Counted from the first letter of the stretch, positions 1-10,038 are shown. The stretch is DNA of 64,000 nucleotides from Alphaproteobacteria bacterium (GCA_965228975.1 OZ245851.1:5568656-5632655), one strand, 5' to 3'. A program made the numbers and translations. The notes: a model not told the origin generated them from the letters alone.

Positions 1-256
1 GTCAACCGGTCGACCACGGAATCGGGGATCGACAGATCGGCTTCGAGCGCCCCTTCGGATTTGACCTGGAACACCGCGACGCCGCGACCGTGCCGGAATA
101 CCGGCGGACCGACGTGCCCGCGGTTTCGGTCACGGTGTAGGGCTTGATGGCGCGGATGCGCTCGGCGGTCTCCGGGAGCGTTGCATCATCGCATCCTGTC
201 ACTGCAATTGCAGCGATGAGGACGGCGGCAGGCGAAGGTAAACGGACGAGCGGCAT
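1..256 (-). pseudogene. RND efflux periplasmic adaptor (MFP) lipoprotein, internally deleted and frameshifted, running off the window edge
   Basis: Lipoprotein signal (IAVTGC) and RIRAIKPYTV...RRYSGTVAAS, typical of an MFP N-terminus. At about 75-85 the sequence continues in another frame as AVFQVKSEGALEADLSIPDSVVDRL, which resembles a much later MFP segment. The first frame stops at 2-4. Confidence 0.6.
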
Positions 257-455
257 TGTTATTCGGTCCTTGCGAGTACGAATTAAGTATGAGCCGAGTG
301 TGCCTCTATCCGAAACGGCTGTATAGAGGAGTGGTCATCACGCCGATTGTTACCGGCGGTGGAATAGTCTCTTGCCGACTTTGCCGGTTTCCGTTCCACC
401 CTAAATGGATCACAGTTCCCGCTTGATCCGAATTTCGAGGCGAGGACGCAACGTA

Positions 456-863
456 ATGGCACAGACATCGGTTACGCAGGGCGCGCATCACATCGGGCTT
501 ACCGTCCCCGATTTGGACGCGGCCAAGACTTTCTTCACCGATTTGTTGGGGTTCGATCTCGTCCGCGAGGTGCCGGAGTATCCCGCCGCCTTCGTCAGCG
601 ACGGCACGTTGATGATCACCTTGTGGCGCGCCGCCGATCCTGCCTCCTGTACGCCGTTCGACCGCAAGACCGTCGTCGGCCTGCATCATCTGGCGTTGAA
701 GGTGGATGGCAAGGGCCTCGACGACATCTACGGCCGGCTCAAGGGCGCGGCCGGGGTCGAGATCGAGTTTGCGCCGGAACCGCTGCGCGACGGGCCGACG
801 CGGCACATGATGTGCACGATCCCGGGCGGGATCCGGATGGAGTTCATCGCCCCCGAGGGCTAG
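456..863 (+). CDS. VOC (glyoxalase/bleomycin resistance) family protein
   Basis: HHIGLTVPDL, GLHHLAL and final RMEF motifs; GAGG upstream of ATG 456. Confidence 0.9.
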   Translation: MAQTSVTQGAHHIGLTVPDLDAAKTFFTDLLGFDLVREVPEYPAAFVSDGTLMITLWRAADPASCTPFDRKTVVGLHHLALKVDGKGLDDIYGRLKGAAGVEIEFAPEPLRDGPTRHMMCTIPGGIRMEFIAPEG

Positions 864-877
864 TCGACCGGCGGCGT

Positions 878-1591
878 CTAGGATGCGCTGACCCGAATGC
901 CGAATACGTCGCGAAATACACTCTCGCCCTTGCGGGTGACCGCGACGGCGCGCGAATCGCCGATACGGCGGATCCAGCCCTCGTCGAAGCCATGGGTGCA
1001 GAGGGCGGCGCCGATGGAACCGGCGATGTGCGGGCGGCGTTCGCTCCAATCCAGACAAGGCCGGCACAGAACGCGGGCGCGCCGGCCGCGCGCCGCCGAC
1101 AGCGACGCCACGTCGATCCCGATCTTTTCGAAAAGTGCAATGCCGGACTCGGTCACCAGCCCGGCGTCGTTGCCGAGTTCCACGTGGCCGCCGGCGGAAA
1201 GGCCGTCCGCCAAGGCGACCCCGAGCCGTCCGGCGAGATGGTCGTAACAGGTCCGCCCCGCACGCAAAGCGGCATCGCGCGGCCCGGTGTGCGGCGGCGG
1301 ACGTAGGGTGTCCAGGTTCGACGCGACCTGCATGATGCTTTCCATCATCCGGGCGACCTCCGGCGAGGCGAGACGATGATAACGGTGCCGGCCCTGCTTC
1401 GTGACCACGACGAGTCCGCCGTCCGCCATACGGGCCAGATGGCCGCTCGCCGTTTGTGGAGTGACCCCGGCGGTCCGCGACAGTTCGGTGGCGGTCAAGG
1501 CGCGGCCATCCATCAGCGCATGCAGCATGGCCGCGCGGGTCGGGTCTCCCGCGAGCGCGGCGACTTCCGCGAATTTGGCGTTGCTGGCCAT
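878..1591 (-). CDS. ArsR/SmtB family transcriptional regulator with Cys-containing C-terminal extension
   Basis: GDPTRAAML, TASGHLARM, QGRHRYHRLA, RTCYDHLAGRLGV and CLDWSERRPH motifs. Confidence 0.9.
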   Translation of the reverse strand: MASNAKFAEVAALAGDPTRAAMLHALMDGRALTATELSRTAGVTPQTASGHLARMADGGLVVVTKQGRHRYHRLASPEVARMMESIMQVASNLDTLRPPPHTGPRDAALRAGRTCYDHLAGRLGVALADGLSAGGHVELGNDAGLVTESGIALFEKIGIDVASLSAARGRRARVLCRPCLDWSERRPHIAGSIGAALCTHGFDEGWIRRIGDSRAVAVTRKGESVFRDVFGIRVSAS

Positions 1592-1640
1592 GGTCGATCT
1601 CCTCGATGTGTCGAAACAGCGTACCACCCGCCGATACGCG

Positions 1641-1664
1641 ATGCTTCGGTCCCGACCGTAGCAT
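1641..1664. promoter_or_regulatory. Inverted repeat, probable ArsR operator between the divergent regulator and MFS genes
   Basis: ATGCTTCGGTC-CC-GACCGTAGCAT, 11-bp arms with one mismatch. Confidence 0.5.
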
Positions 1665-1719
1665 TTCCCGGCCATAGCCGGGCAGGGTCCCTCCGCAACA
1701 GCGAACGGCGGATGGATCG

Positions 1720-2985
1720 ATGGCCAATTATTCTCCGGCACGGATGGGCGGTTTCTTCGGGTGGCGCGTGGTCGGCGCGGCCTTTGTCCTCGGCTTCTTC
1801 GGATGGGGCGTCGCCTTTTATGGGCCGCCGGTCTTCCTAAGCGTTATCCGCGAGACCCGGGGCTGGCCGATCCCGCTGATCTCGACGGCGGTGACCGCGC
1901 ATTTCCTGATCGGCGCGCTCGTCGGGGGCAACCTGCCGCGCTTGCATGCCCGCTTCGGCGCAGGTCCCGTGACGAAGACCGGCGTCTTGTGCATGGCCTT
2001 GGGCGTCCTCGGCTGGGCTTTGGCGGACGTGCCGTGGCAGTTGTTCGTGGCGGTGCTGTTCAGCGGCGTCGGTTGGGGCACGATGAGCGCGGCGGCGCTC
2101 AACGCCTTCGTGTCGCCCTGGTTCGTACGCGCCCGTCCGGCCGCGCTCGGCATGGCCTATAACGGCGGCAGCGTCGGCGGCATCGTGTTCTCGCCGCTCT
2201 GGGTCGCGGCCATCGTCTGGCTGGGTTTTCCGATGACGGCGCTCGCGGTTGGGGCCGTCATGGCGGTGACGATCTGGCTGTTGACCGACCTCGTGTTGTC
2301 CAAGACGCCGTCGTCGATGGGGGTGCATCCCGACGGGGATGACTCCGGCGCGGCCGTGACGGCGTTTCCGCAATCATCGTCCCGTCCGCTGACCGGATCG
2401 CTGCTGTGGCGCGACCGTAAGTTCCAGACCCTGGCGGCGGCGATGGCGCTGGGGCTGTTCGCACAGATCGGCCTGATCGCGCATCTCTATTCCTTGCTGG
2501 TGCCGGCGCTCGGCAAACACTGGGCCGGGCTCGCAATGGGGTCCATTACCGTCATGGCGATCGGTGGGCGGATGATCCTGGGATGGGTCATCACGCCCCG
2601 GACCGACCGGCGGCTCGCGGCCTGTTGCGGCTATGCGGCGCAGTTGGCCGGGTCCGTCGTCTTCCTCTGCGCCGCAGGAACGGATGTGCCGTTGCTGCTG
2701 CTCGGCATCGCACTGTTCGGCGTCGGCTTCGGCAATGCAACATCGCTGCCGCCGCTCATCGCCCAGGTTGAGTTCGACCGCCATGACGTGCCGCGCGCGG
2801 TTGCCCTGATCGTCGCCATCGCGCAGGGCAGCTTCGCTTTCGCGCCGGCGGTCTTCAGCCTGATCCGGGACATCGCGCCGGTGGCCGGGAATGCCGCGCC
2901 GGGCGCGTCGCCGCTGCTGTTCGCGACGGCGGCGGGCATTCAGGGACTCGCCATCCTTTCCTTCCTGGCAGGGCAGGGCCGTTAG
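1720..2985 (+). CDS. MFS transporter
   Basis: About 12 hydrophobic segments; N-terminal FFGWRVV and loop RLHARFG. Confidence 0.88.
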   Translation: MANYSPARMGGFFGWRVVGAAFVLGFFGWGVAFYGPPVFLSVIRETRGWPIPLISTAVTAHFLIGALVGGNLPRLHARFGAGPVTKTGVLCMALGVLGWALADVPWQLFVAVLFSGVGWGTMSAAALNAFVSPWFVRARPAALGMAYNGGSVGGIVFSPLWVAAIVWLGFPMTALAVGAVMAVTIWLLTDLVLSKTPSSMGVHPDGDDSGAAVTAFPQSSSRPLTGSLLWRDRKFQTLAAAMALGLFAQIGLIAHLYSLLVPALGKHWAGLAMGSITVMAIGGRMILGWVITPRTDRRLAACCGYAAQLAGSVVFLCAAGTDVPLLLLGIALFGVGFGNATSLPPLIAQVEFDRHDVPRAVALIVAIAQGSFAFAPAVFSLIRDIAPVAGNAAPGASPLLFATAAGIQGLAILSFLAGQGR

Positions 2986-3010
2986 CCGGTTTCAACCGTT
3001 TTTCATTCGG

Positions 3011-3039
3011 TTGACGGCTCGGGCCGCCGAGCCTAGGTT
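3011..3039 (+). promoter_or_regulatory. Putative sigma70 promoter of lysS
   Basis: TTGACG-N17-TAGGTT. Confidence 0.5.
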
Positions 3040-3074
3040 GCCGCAGAATCAGCGATCCGGTTGTGGAGTGCGAC

Positions 3075-4661
3075 GTGTCCGATATCCGAGAATTGGCGGA
3101 AAACGCAAAGGCTTGGCCCTTCCAGGAGGCGCGCCGCGTGCTCAAGCGCATCGGCGGCAAGACGCCGGAGAAGGGCTATGTGCTGTTCCAGACCGGCTAC
3201 GGCCCGTCCGGCCTGCCGCATATCGGCACCTTCGGCGAGGTGCAGCGTACGACCATGGTGCGGCAGGCGTTCCAGCGCCTTTCCGACATCCCGACGCGGC
3301 TGTTCGCCTTTTCCGACGACATGGACGGCATGCGTAAGGTGCCCGACAACATCCCGAACAAGGAATTGCTGGAGCCGCATCTGCACAAGCCGCTGACCGC
3401 GGTGCCCGATCCGTTTGGTACGCATGAGGGCTTCGCCCAGCACAACAACGCGCGGCTGCGCGCCTTCCTCGACGAATTCGGCTTCGATTACGAATTCGTC
3501 AGCGCGACCGAATGCTACACCTCTGGGCGATTCGACGATGCGCTGCGCCGCATGCTCGAAGTCTACGACGACGTCATGCAGATTATGCTGCCGACGCTGG
3601 GCGAGGAACGGCGCAAGACCTACAGCCCCTTCCTGCCGGTCTGCCCGGAGACGGGCCATGTGTTGCAGGTGCCGGTGGTCGAGACGAACCCGGATGCGGG
3701 CACGATCGTCTACCAGCGCGACGACGGCAAAAAAATCGAGACGCCGGTCACCGGCGGGGCCTGCAAGCTGCAATGGAAGCCCGATTGGGCGATGCGCTGG
3801 TATGCGCTCGGCGTCGACTACGAGATGTCGGGGAAGGATCTGATCGATTCCGTCCAGCAGTCGAGCAAGATTTGCCGCGCCCTGGGTGCCCGGCCGCCCG
3901 AGAATTACACCTACGAGCTGTTCCTGGACGAGAACGGCCAGAAGATCTCCAAGTCGATCGGCAACGGCCTGACCATCGAGGAATGGCTGCGCTATGCGCC
4001 GAAGGAAAGCCTGGCGCTGTTCATGTACGGCAAGCCGAAGGCGGCGAAGCGGCTCTATTTCGACGTGATCCCGCGCAACGTGGACGACTATCTGACCTTC
4101 CTGGCGCGCTTCGACGGCGAGGAAGACGCGAAGAAGCTGGAGAACCCGGTCTGGCATATCCACAACGGCACCGCGCCGGGCGGCGATGCGCCGTTGAGCT
4201 TCGCCGTGCTGCTCAACCTGGCAAGCGTCTGCAATACCGAGGACAAGGCCGTGCTGTGGGGGTTCATCAGCCGCTACGTCCCGTCGGCGACGCCGGAAAG
4301 CCAGCCGCTGCTCGACGAGTTGGTCGGCTATGCGATCCGCTACTACACCGATTTTGTGAAGCCGTCGAAGAACTACCGTGCGCCGAGCGACACCGAGCGC
4401 GCGGCGCTGGAAGATTTGGCGGGCGCGCTCGACGGGCTGGGCGCCGGCGCCACGGCCGAGGATATCCAGAACCAAGTCTATGAGATCGGCAAGCGCTTTG
4501 ACTTCGAGCCGCTGCGCGATTGGTTCAAGGCGCTGTACGAAATCCTGCTGGGACAGGAACAGGGTCCGCGCATGGGCTCCTTCGTGGCGCTCTACGGCGT
4601 GCCGGAAACCACGGCGCTGATCCGCCGCGCGCTGGCGGGCGAGGACCTGTCGGCGGCGTAA
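3075..4661 (+). CDS. lysS: Lysine--tRNA ligase, class I
   Basis: [12 protein letters not shown] (HIGH-like), KISKS (KMSKS-like) and GPRMGSF motifs; GTG start at 3075 or 3063. Confidence 0.96.
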   Translation: MSDIRELAENAKAWPFQEARRVLKRIGGKTPEKGYVLFQTGYGPSGLPHIGTFGEVQRTTMVRQAFQRLSDIPTRLFAFSDDMDGMRKVPDNIPNKELLEPHLHKPLTAVPDPFGTHEGFAQHNNARLRAFLDEFGFDYEFVSATECYTSGRFDDALRRMLEVYDDVMQIMLPTLGEERRKTYSPFLPVCPETGHVLQVPVVETNPDAGTIVYQRDDGKKIETPVTGGACKLQWKPDWAMRWYALGVDYEMSGKDLIDSVQQSSKICRALGARPPENYTYELFLDENGQKISKSIGNGLTIEEWLRYAPKESLALFMYGKPKAAKRLYFDVIPRNVDDYLTFLARFDGEEDAKKLENPVWHIHNGTAPGGDAPLSFAVLLNLASVCNTEDKAVLWGFISRYVPSATPESQPLLDELVGYAIRYYTDFVKPSKNYRAPSDTERAALEDLAGALDGLGAGATAEDIQNQVYEIGKRFDFEPLRDWFKALYEILLGQEQGPRMGSFVALYGVPETTALIRRALAGEDLSAA

Positions 4662-4682
4662 TTCGTCGGAATCGAGCCCGGA

Positions 4683-5315
4683 CTACTGGCTGGCCCAGAT
4701 GATGCGTGCGATCCAGTCGATATCTTCCACGCCGAGCTCCAGCCCGCCATGCAGCGGGTTGAACGACACCAGGTGGACGTGCTCGGCGGTTTGGCGGCTG
4801 AGTTGCTTGGCCAGGATTTCGCCCGCCTTGGTCTTGACCACCACGCGGTCGCCGCGCCGGATGCTGGCGCTCGGCGACACGACGATCACGTCGCCGTCGC
4901 GATAGACCGGCTCCATGCTGTCGCCGGAGATTTCCAGCGCATAGGCGTTGGGGTCGCCGACATTCGGGAAGTCCACCGAGTCCCATCCGGCGCCCGTGGG
5001 ATATCCCGCGTCGTCGAAGAAGCCGCTGCGGCCGGCCTGCGCATAGCCGATGACCGGGATGCGCTGCATCACGCCGCCTTCCGAGCCTTCGTGCATCAAG
5101 GCGACGAAATGGCCCAGGCTCTTATTTGTCGCTTCCAATACCTTCGCGATGCTTTCGGTCGTCGGCCACCGCGGCTTGCCGTTGCGGGCGATCCGTTTGC
5201 TCTTGTTGAAGCTCGTCGGGTCGAGCCCCGCGCGGCGCGCCAGCGCCGATGCCGAGAGCCCGTTTTCAGTCGCTAATCTGTCGATAGCGCGCCAAACATC
5301 CTGATGCCGAAGCAT
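4683..5315 (-). CDS. HTH plus S24 peptidase (LexA/CI-like) transcriptional regulator
   Basis: N-terminal HTH (LARRAGLDPTSFNKSKR, RWPTTESIAK), AQAG cleavage-site-like motif, GDSMEP Ser motif and LAKQL Lys. Confidence 0.92.
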   Translation of the reverse strand: MLRHQDVWRAIDRLATENGLSASALARRAGLDPTSFNKSKRIARNGKPRWPTTESIAKVLEATNKSLGHFVALMHEGSEGGVMQRIPVIGYAQAGRSGFFDDAGYPTGAGWDSVDFPNVGDPNAYALEISGDSMEPVYRDGDVIVVSPSASIRRGDRVVVKTKAGEILAKQLSRQTAEHVHLVSFNPLHGGLELGVEDIDWIARIIWASQ

Positions 5316-5374
5316 GTCAGCCGTACTCCACCATTTGTTATTATTCGACGTTGCGCGGAGTATAATCGGGGTAA

Positions 5375-5424
5375 TTTTAGGATAAAAGACCTAAAAATAT
5401 CACATTTTAGGAAAATGCTACCTA
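5375..5424. promoter_or_regulatory. Tandem palindromic operator candidates upstream of the S24 regulator
   Basis: TTTTAGG-N8-CCTAAAA (5375-5396) and TTTTAGG-N9-CCTA (5405-5424) in an AT-rich tract. Confidence 0.55.
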
Positions 5425-5454
5425 TTAACTATAGAATCCGGGGAGTCGCCCGGA

Positions 5455-7059
5455 TTACCGTGCATAGGCCACGCCGCCCCCGCCACGCGGATCTGCGCCG
5501 CCCTGCCACTTTCCATCCCGGACCGTGATGACATGGCCCCGGGACATCACCGGATCGAAGCTCAGGACGCTCTGTTTCACCGTGTGACCCAACGATTCCA
5601 GGTCCCGGCACACCGATCCCTGGACCCGCGCCTCGGCGTGGACGGCGGCCCCTTCGCAGTGGATTCGGGGCACCGTGACGGCCTCGACCGGCGACATGCC
5701 GAAGTCGACGATGTTGAGGATGGTCTGCAGCACGGCGCTGATGATGACGCTGCCGCCGGGCGCGCCGACAATGATCACCGGTTTGCCGTCGCGGTAGACG
5801 ATGGTCGGCACCATGCCGGTCGTCCGCGCCTTTCCGGGGGCCATGGAATTGCGCGTTCCCGGGAAGGGGTCGAACAGCTTCATCGAGTTGTTGTAGACGA
5901 AGCCAAGGCCGGGCGTGATCACGCCCGATCCGGTACCCAGCGTATGGGTGCAGGAGACCGCGTTGCCCGCTTCGTCGTAGACTGACAGATGCGTGGTGCA
6001 GGAATATGGCTCCGCCTTGTCGGTGCTGGGGAAGTCGCCGGCCTTGATGACCTCGGCCCAATGCGCGGCGCGGTCCTTTGATAACAATAGGTGGGTCGGC
6101 ACGTCGGCGAAGTCCGGATCGCCGAGATGTTCGTTGCGGTCCACATGCGCCGCCGCCATCGCCCGCGCCACCAGGTCCAGGTGTTCGGCGGAGCCGTGGT
6201 CGAGCGCGCCCAGGTCGAAGTGATCCAGGATCTGCAGCATCTCGATCAGCGTGGCGCCGCTGCCCGGCGGCGGGTTGGACGAAATCGTGTAGCCCCGGTA
6301 GCTGCCGGTGACCGGGTCGTGGACCTTGGGCGCGTAGTCCGCCAGATCGCGGGCGGTGACGAAGGAGCCGTTGGCTTCCAAGTCGGCGGCGATCCGCTGT
6401 CCGAGCTTGCCGCGGTAGAATTCGTCTGCGCCGCCCTCGCCGATCGCATCCAACGTGTCGGCCATGTCCGGGTTCCGGTGCAGCTCACCGACCGCATAGA
6501 GCCGGCCCTCCGGATTCAGATGGATCGACTTGCACGCCTCGGTCGCCGAGACGCGCATCATGCCATCGGGCACGCCCGCCATCATCTTCCGCGATAGGAA
6601 CTCATGCGCGTAAGGCGGCATCTCCAACCCGTCGCGCGCCAGCTTCGCCGCCGGGGCGAGCAGGTCCCGCCACGGCCGGCTGCACAGGCGGTCATGCGCC
6701 TCGGCGAAGCCGGCAACCGTGCCCGGGGTCAGGATCGACGTGTAGCCCAGTTCGCTGCGATAGTCGTCGAACAGGGTGTAGCCGGAAATTTCCGTCCGGC
6801 CCTTGCTGTCCGCGGCCCACATGTCGGGGACGACCTTTGCGCCGGCGCGGGCGTGAAAGTCGATCATGCCGTGCTCGCCGGTATCCGCCCGGTAGTATTG
6901 AAAGGTGCCCATCCCGCCGAGGCCGCACATGAAGGGATCGGCGACCATCTGCGCGAAGGCGGTGGCGATGGCCGCGTCGAAGGCGGTGCCGCCCTGTGTC
7001 AGGATTTCGACGCCGACATCGGCGGCGCGCGGTTGCGGACAGACAACGACACCTTTCAT
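5455..7059 (-). CDS. ggt: Gamma-glutamyltransferase family protein
   Basis: GGTAFDAAIA, PGTVAG, PPPGSG, catalytic TTHLS, GAPGGS and GGADPR motifs. Confidence 0.92.
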   Translation of the reverse strand: MKGVVVCPQPRAADVGVEILTQGGTAFDAAIATAFAQMVADPFMCGLGGMGTFQYYRADTGEHGMIDFHARAGAKVVPDMWAADSKGRTEISGYTLFDDYRSELGYTSILTPGTVAGFAEAHDRLCSRPWRDLLAPAAKLARDGLEMPPYAHEFLSRKMMAGVPDGMMRVSATEACKSIHLNPEGRLYAVGELHRNPDMADTLDAIGEGGADEFYRGKLGQRIAADLEANGSFVTARDLADYAPKVHDPVTGSYRGYTISSNPPPGSGATLIEMLQILDHFDLGALDHGSAEHLDLVARAMAAAHVDRNEHLGDPDFADVPTHLLLSKDRAAHWAEVIKAGDFPSTDKAEPYSCTTHLSVYDEAGNAVSCTHTLGTGSGVITPGLGFVYNNSMKLFDPFPGTRNSMAPGKARTTGMVPTIVYRDGKPVIIVGAPGGSVIISAVLQTILNIVDFGMSPVEAVTVPRIHCEGAAVHAEARVQGSVCRDLESLGHTVKQSVLSFDPVMSRGHVITVRDGKWQGGADPRGGGGVAYAR

Positions 7060-7086
7060 GGCACGCTCCCTTAAATTTGATTCGGT

Positions 7087-8604
7087 CTAGGCCGGTTCGA
7101 AGGCCGGCCCGAGCGGTTCGAGCCGGACGCCGGCCCGCAGGTATTGATACGGGTATTCCCGCGCATCGACGATATGGCCGCCGGGCGCGATCACGACGAT
7201 GACTTCTTCGGCGATCGGTTCGAAATCGGCGCGAAAATGGCAGGTGCTTTTCACGACGACGATCTTCTGCTCCGACGGTTCGATGCCGATATGGCGGAAG
7301 ATCTCCTGGTCATGCGCCTGCATCCGTTTGCTGGCGACGACGACCGACACGCCGCCGATCCGCAGCAGCGCGGTTTTTCCGACGGCGGCGACGCGCCCGC
7401 CGACGCAGGGGCCGGTGCAGGTGAACGCGCCGTCGCTGAGCCGGACGACGTCGAACGTGCCGGCGAAGGGTTTGACACCGGGGATCGGCGTGCGCCCGCC
7501 GAGCTCGACGGTGATTTCGGCGCCTTCGCCCGCCGCATGCGCCGCGTCGGCGGCCTCGGCATCGGTCAACAGGCCGAGCACGGCGTCCTGCGCATTGTTC
7601 CGAACCAGCGCTTCCAGCACGCCGGTGGTATCGGCGCTGCCGCCGCAGCCGGGGTTGTCCTGCGTGTCGGCGATGACCACGGGTTTGCTGGCGGTTTCCG
7701 CGATCTTCATCGCGCGTTGCACGCCTTCGTCCGGCGTCAGCATCGGCTGGGCGAACTCCTCCTCGAGCGACGCGATGTAGCCGGTCAGTCCGTCCGCGGC
7801 CTTGTCGACCGTCGCCTGGTCGTAGCCATGCGCGATCACGCTGGGGCCGCAATGATGCAGGTCCGATGGCGGGAAGCCCGCGCCGTAGCACAGGTCCAGC
7901 ACGTTGCCGCCTTCGCCCTCGACGGACCGTTCGACGATGCCTTTCGACGGCTCCACCATCGTGCATTGGAAATTCAACGGAATCAGGAAGGGCAGTTCCC
8001 GGAAAGCCCGTGCCGTCGGCTGGCCGCGTTCAAGCACGGTTTCGAGTATCCGGGCCGCGCGGGCGCCGGTTTCCGGCCTGTCGATATGCGGGTAGGTAAG
8101 GTAGATCGCCATGCCGTCGGTCAGCTCGGCCATCTGCGGCGTCAGGTTCACATGATAGTCGAGGCTGACGACCAGCGGGACGTCCGGGCCGATGGCGGCG
8201 CGGACGCGGCGCAGCACTTCGCCTTCGGAATCCTCGTAGTCCTCGGAACACATGGCGCCGTGCAGGTCGAGATACACCGCGTCCACCGGCATGGCCTGCG
8301 ACAGGCGGCCGACAAGCTCGCCGGTGATCCGTTCGAAGGCGTCGCGCGTGACATAGCCGCCGGCACCGCCGCCGGCCCACAGCAGCGGCGCGATCTCGTG
8401 TTCGGCGCCGATCGTCTCGAGAAAGCCGGAAATGGCGAAACTCTTGCCCGGCATGATCTCCAGCGTATCGTCGCCGCGGTTCAGTTTCGGCCGGTCGCCG
8501 ATATCCGCGAATCCGTCATAGTCGGTGCGGGTCGGCATGAAGCAGTTGGTCTCGTGTTGAAACCCGCCGATCGCGATGCGTGCCTTGGTGTTTTTCAGTT
8601 CCAT
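7087..8604 (-). CDS. M81 family metallopeptidase (MlrC-like)
   Basis: FQHETNCF, LDLHGAM, SLDYH, YPHID, DTQDNPGCG and VKSTCHFRADF motifs. Confidence 0.92.
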   Translation of the reverse strand: MELKNTKARIAIGGFQHETNCFMPTRTDYDGFADIGDRPKLNRGDDTLEIMPGKSFAISGFLETIGAEHEIAPLLWAGGGAGGYVTRDAFERITGELVGRLSQAMPVDAVYLDLHGAMCSEDYEDSEGEVLRRVRAAIGPDVPLVVSLDYHVNLTPQMAELTDGMAIYLTYPHIDRPETGARAARILETVLERGQPTARAFRELPFLIPLNFQCTMVEPSKGIVERSVEGEGGNVLDLCYGAGFPPSDLHHCGPSVIAHGYDQATVDKAADGLTGYIASLEEEFAQPMLTPDEGVQRAMKIAETASKPVVIADTQDNPGCGGSADTTGVLEALVRNNAQDAVLGLLTDAEAADAAHAAGEGAEITVELGGRTPIPGVKPFAGTFDVVRLSDGAFTCTGPCVGGRVAAVGKTALLRIGGVSVVVASKRMQAHDQEIFRHIGIEPSEQKIVVVKSTCHFRADFEPIAEEVIVVIAPGGHIVDAREYPYQYLRAGVRLEPLGPAFEPA

Positions 8605-8619
8605 GCCTGTCGTTCCGTA

Positions 8620-10038
8620 TCAGTTGCTGCAAAGCGGCGGTGTGCCGAACCGTTCCCGTGCCGTGCCGAGCGTCCGCTCGAAGGCGCAGGCGATCGCGAT
8701 GGCTTGCTCGTCCTCGCCGTAGGGCGCGATGATCTGCAGGCCGACCGGCATGCCCGCATCGTCGAGGGCGGCGGGCAGCGACACGCCGCAGAGCCGCAGC
8801 AGGTTCATCGGAGCGGTGTTGCGCAGCATTCCCATGTTGGCCTTGAAATACGGCTCGCCGGGTTGGGCGTCCTCCAAATCGGGCGGGGTGATCGCCACCG
8901 TCGGCGCGAGCACGACGTCGACGGAGGCCATCAGGTCCGTGGTCTCGGTTGCCAGCCCTTCGAGTTGCTGTTTACGGATGAGATAATCGCTGGCCGGGAT
9001 CGCTTCCATGCGTTCGAAGCGGGCCGCGACATTCGGGTCGAGCGTGGCCTTGCGGTCGGCCATTTCGCCGTTGATGAAGGCGGTGAATTCCGGCGCGGCG
9101 AGACCGCCGCGCAGAAAGATTTCATGCGATGCGGTGACGGTCGGAAGGTCGATGCTAACGGCGGTCATGCCGGCTTTCTCCAATTCCGCGATCGTGTCGC
9201 GGACCGCTTGCGCGACGGCGGCGTCGGCGTCGTCGAAGAACCAGTCGCACACCCCGACGTGGATGTCGGTGGTCTCCAGCTCGCGCAGACGGTCGAGGAA
9301 GGCCAACGGATGGTCCTCGACCAAAGGATCGATCGTCGCGAAGGCGATCGCGGCGTCCGCGGCGCTGCGGGTCAGCATGCCCGCCGTGTCGAGCGACGGG
9401 CTGAGCGGCACGATGCCGTCGAGCGACCAGCGATGCATGCTCGTCTTGACCCCGACGGTGCCGGTCACCGACGCGGGGACGCGAACCGAGCCCGCCGTGT
9501 CGCTGCCGAGGGCGGCGACCGCGGTGCCGGCCCATAGGCTCACTCCCGCGCCGGAACTGGACCCGCCGGGTGCGCGATGACGGTCGGCGTCCCACGGGTT
9601 GCGTGGCGTTCCCCAATGCGGATTGGACCCGACGCCGCCGAAAGCGAATTCGACCGTATGCGTCTTTCCGGTGATCGTGGCGAGGCCTTGTCGCAAGGAC
9701 CGCACCACCGGGCCCTCGCGCTCATACTTGGGCGGCATCCGGCTCGGGGTGCCTGCGAAGGTGGGATAGCCGGTCACCCCGTAGAGGTCCTTGACCGAGA
9801 CCGGCAAGCCCTGCATCGAGCCGAAGTCCATGTCGGCGGCGAAGGCGGCGTCGGCCACCTGAGCCTGTGCCCGCAGCAACTCCGGATCCCATGTCTTGTA
9901 GATGTTCAGCGATTCGCCATGCGCAGCGTAGTTCTCGATCGCACGCTCGGCGAGGCCGACGGCGGTCACTTTGCCGCTGCGCAGGTCCGCCTGCAGGTCT
10001 TCGATGGATCGTGCGCTCAACTCGGACGTCGCCGTCAC
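8620..10038 (-). CDS. Amidase signature family protein
   Basis: VSVKDL, PGGSSSG and GSDTAGSVRVPA (Ser-cisSer-Lys triad); GTG start after GGGAG. Confidence 0.92.
   Translation of the reverse strand: MTATSELSARSIEDLQADLRSGKVTAVGLAERAIENYAAHGESLNIYKTWDPELLRAQAQVADAAFAADMDFGSMQGLPVSVKDLYGVTGYPTFAGTPSRMPPKYEREGPVVRSLRQGLATITGKTHTVEFAFGGVGSNPHWGTPRNPWDADRHRAPGGSSSGAGVSLWAGTAVAALGSDTAGSVRVPASVTGTVGVKTSMHRWSLDGIVPLSPSLDTAGMLTRSAADAAIAFATIDPLVEDHPLAFLDRLRELETTDIHVGVCDWFFDDADAAVAQAVRDTIAELEKAGMTAVSIDLPTVTASHEIFLRGGLAAPEFTAFINGEMADRKATLDPNVAARFERMEAIPASDYLIRKQQLEGLATETTDLMASVDVVLAPTVAITPPDLEDAQPGEPYFKANMGMLRNTAPMNLLRLCGVSLPAALDDAGMPVGLQIIAPYGEDEQAIAIACAFERTLGTARERFGTPPLCSN

Noticed and set aside
4683-5315. 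CI-like repressor as evidence of a prophage
   Set aside because: No phage genes nearby; flanked by lysS and metabolic genes
7144-9537. 797-aa + strand ORF
   Set aside because: Antisense shadow of the M81 peptidase and amidase genes; no motifs, expected in GC-rich DNA
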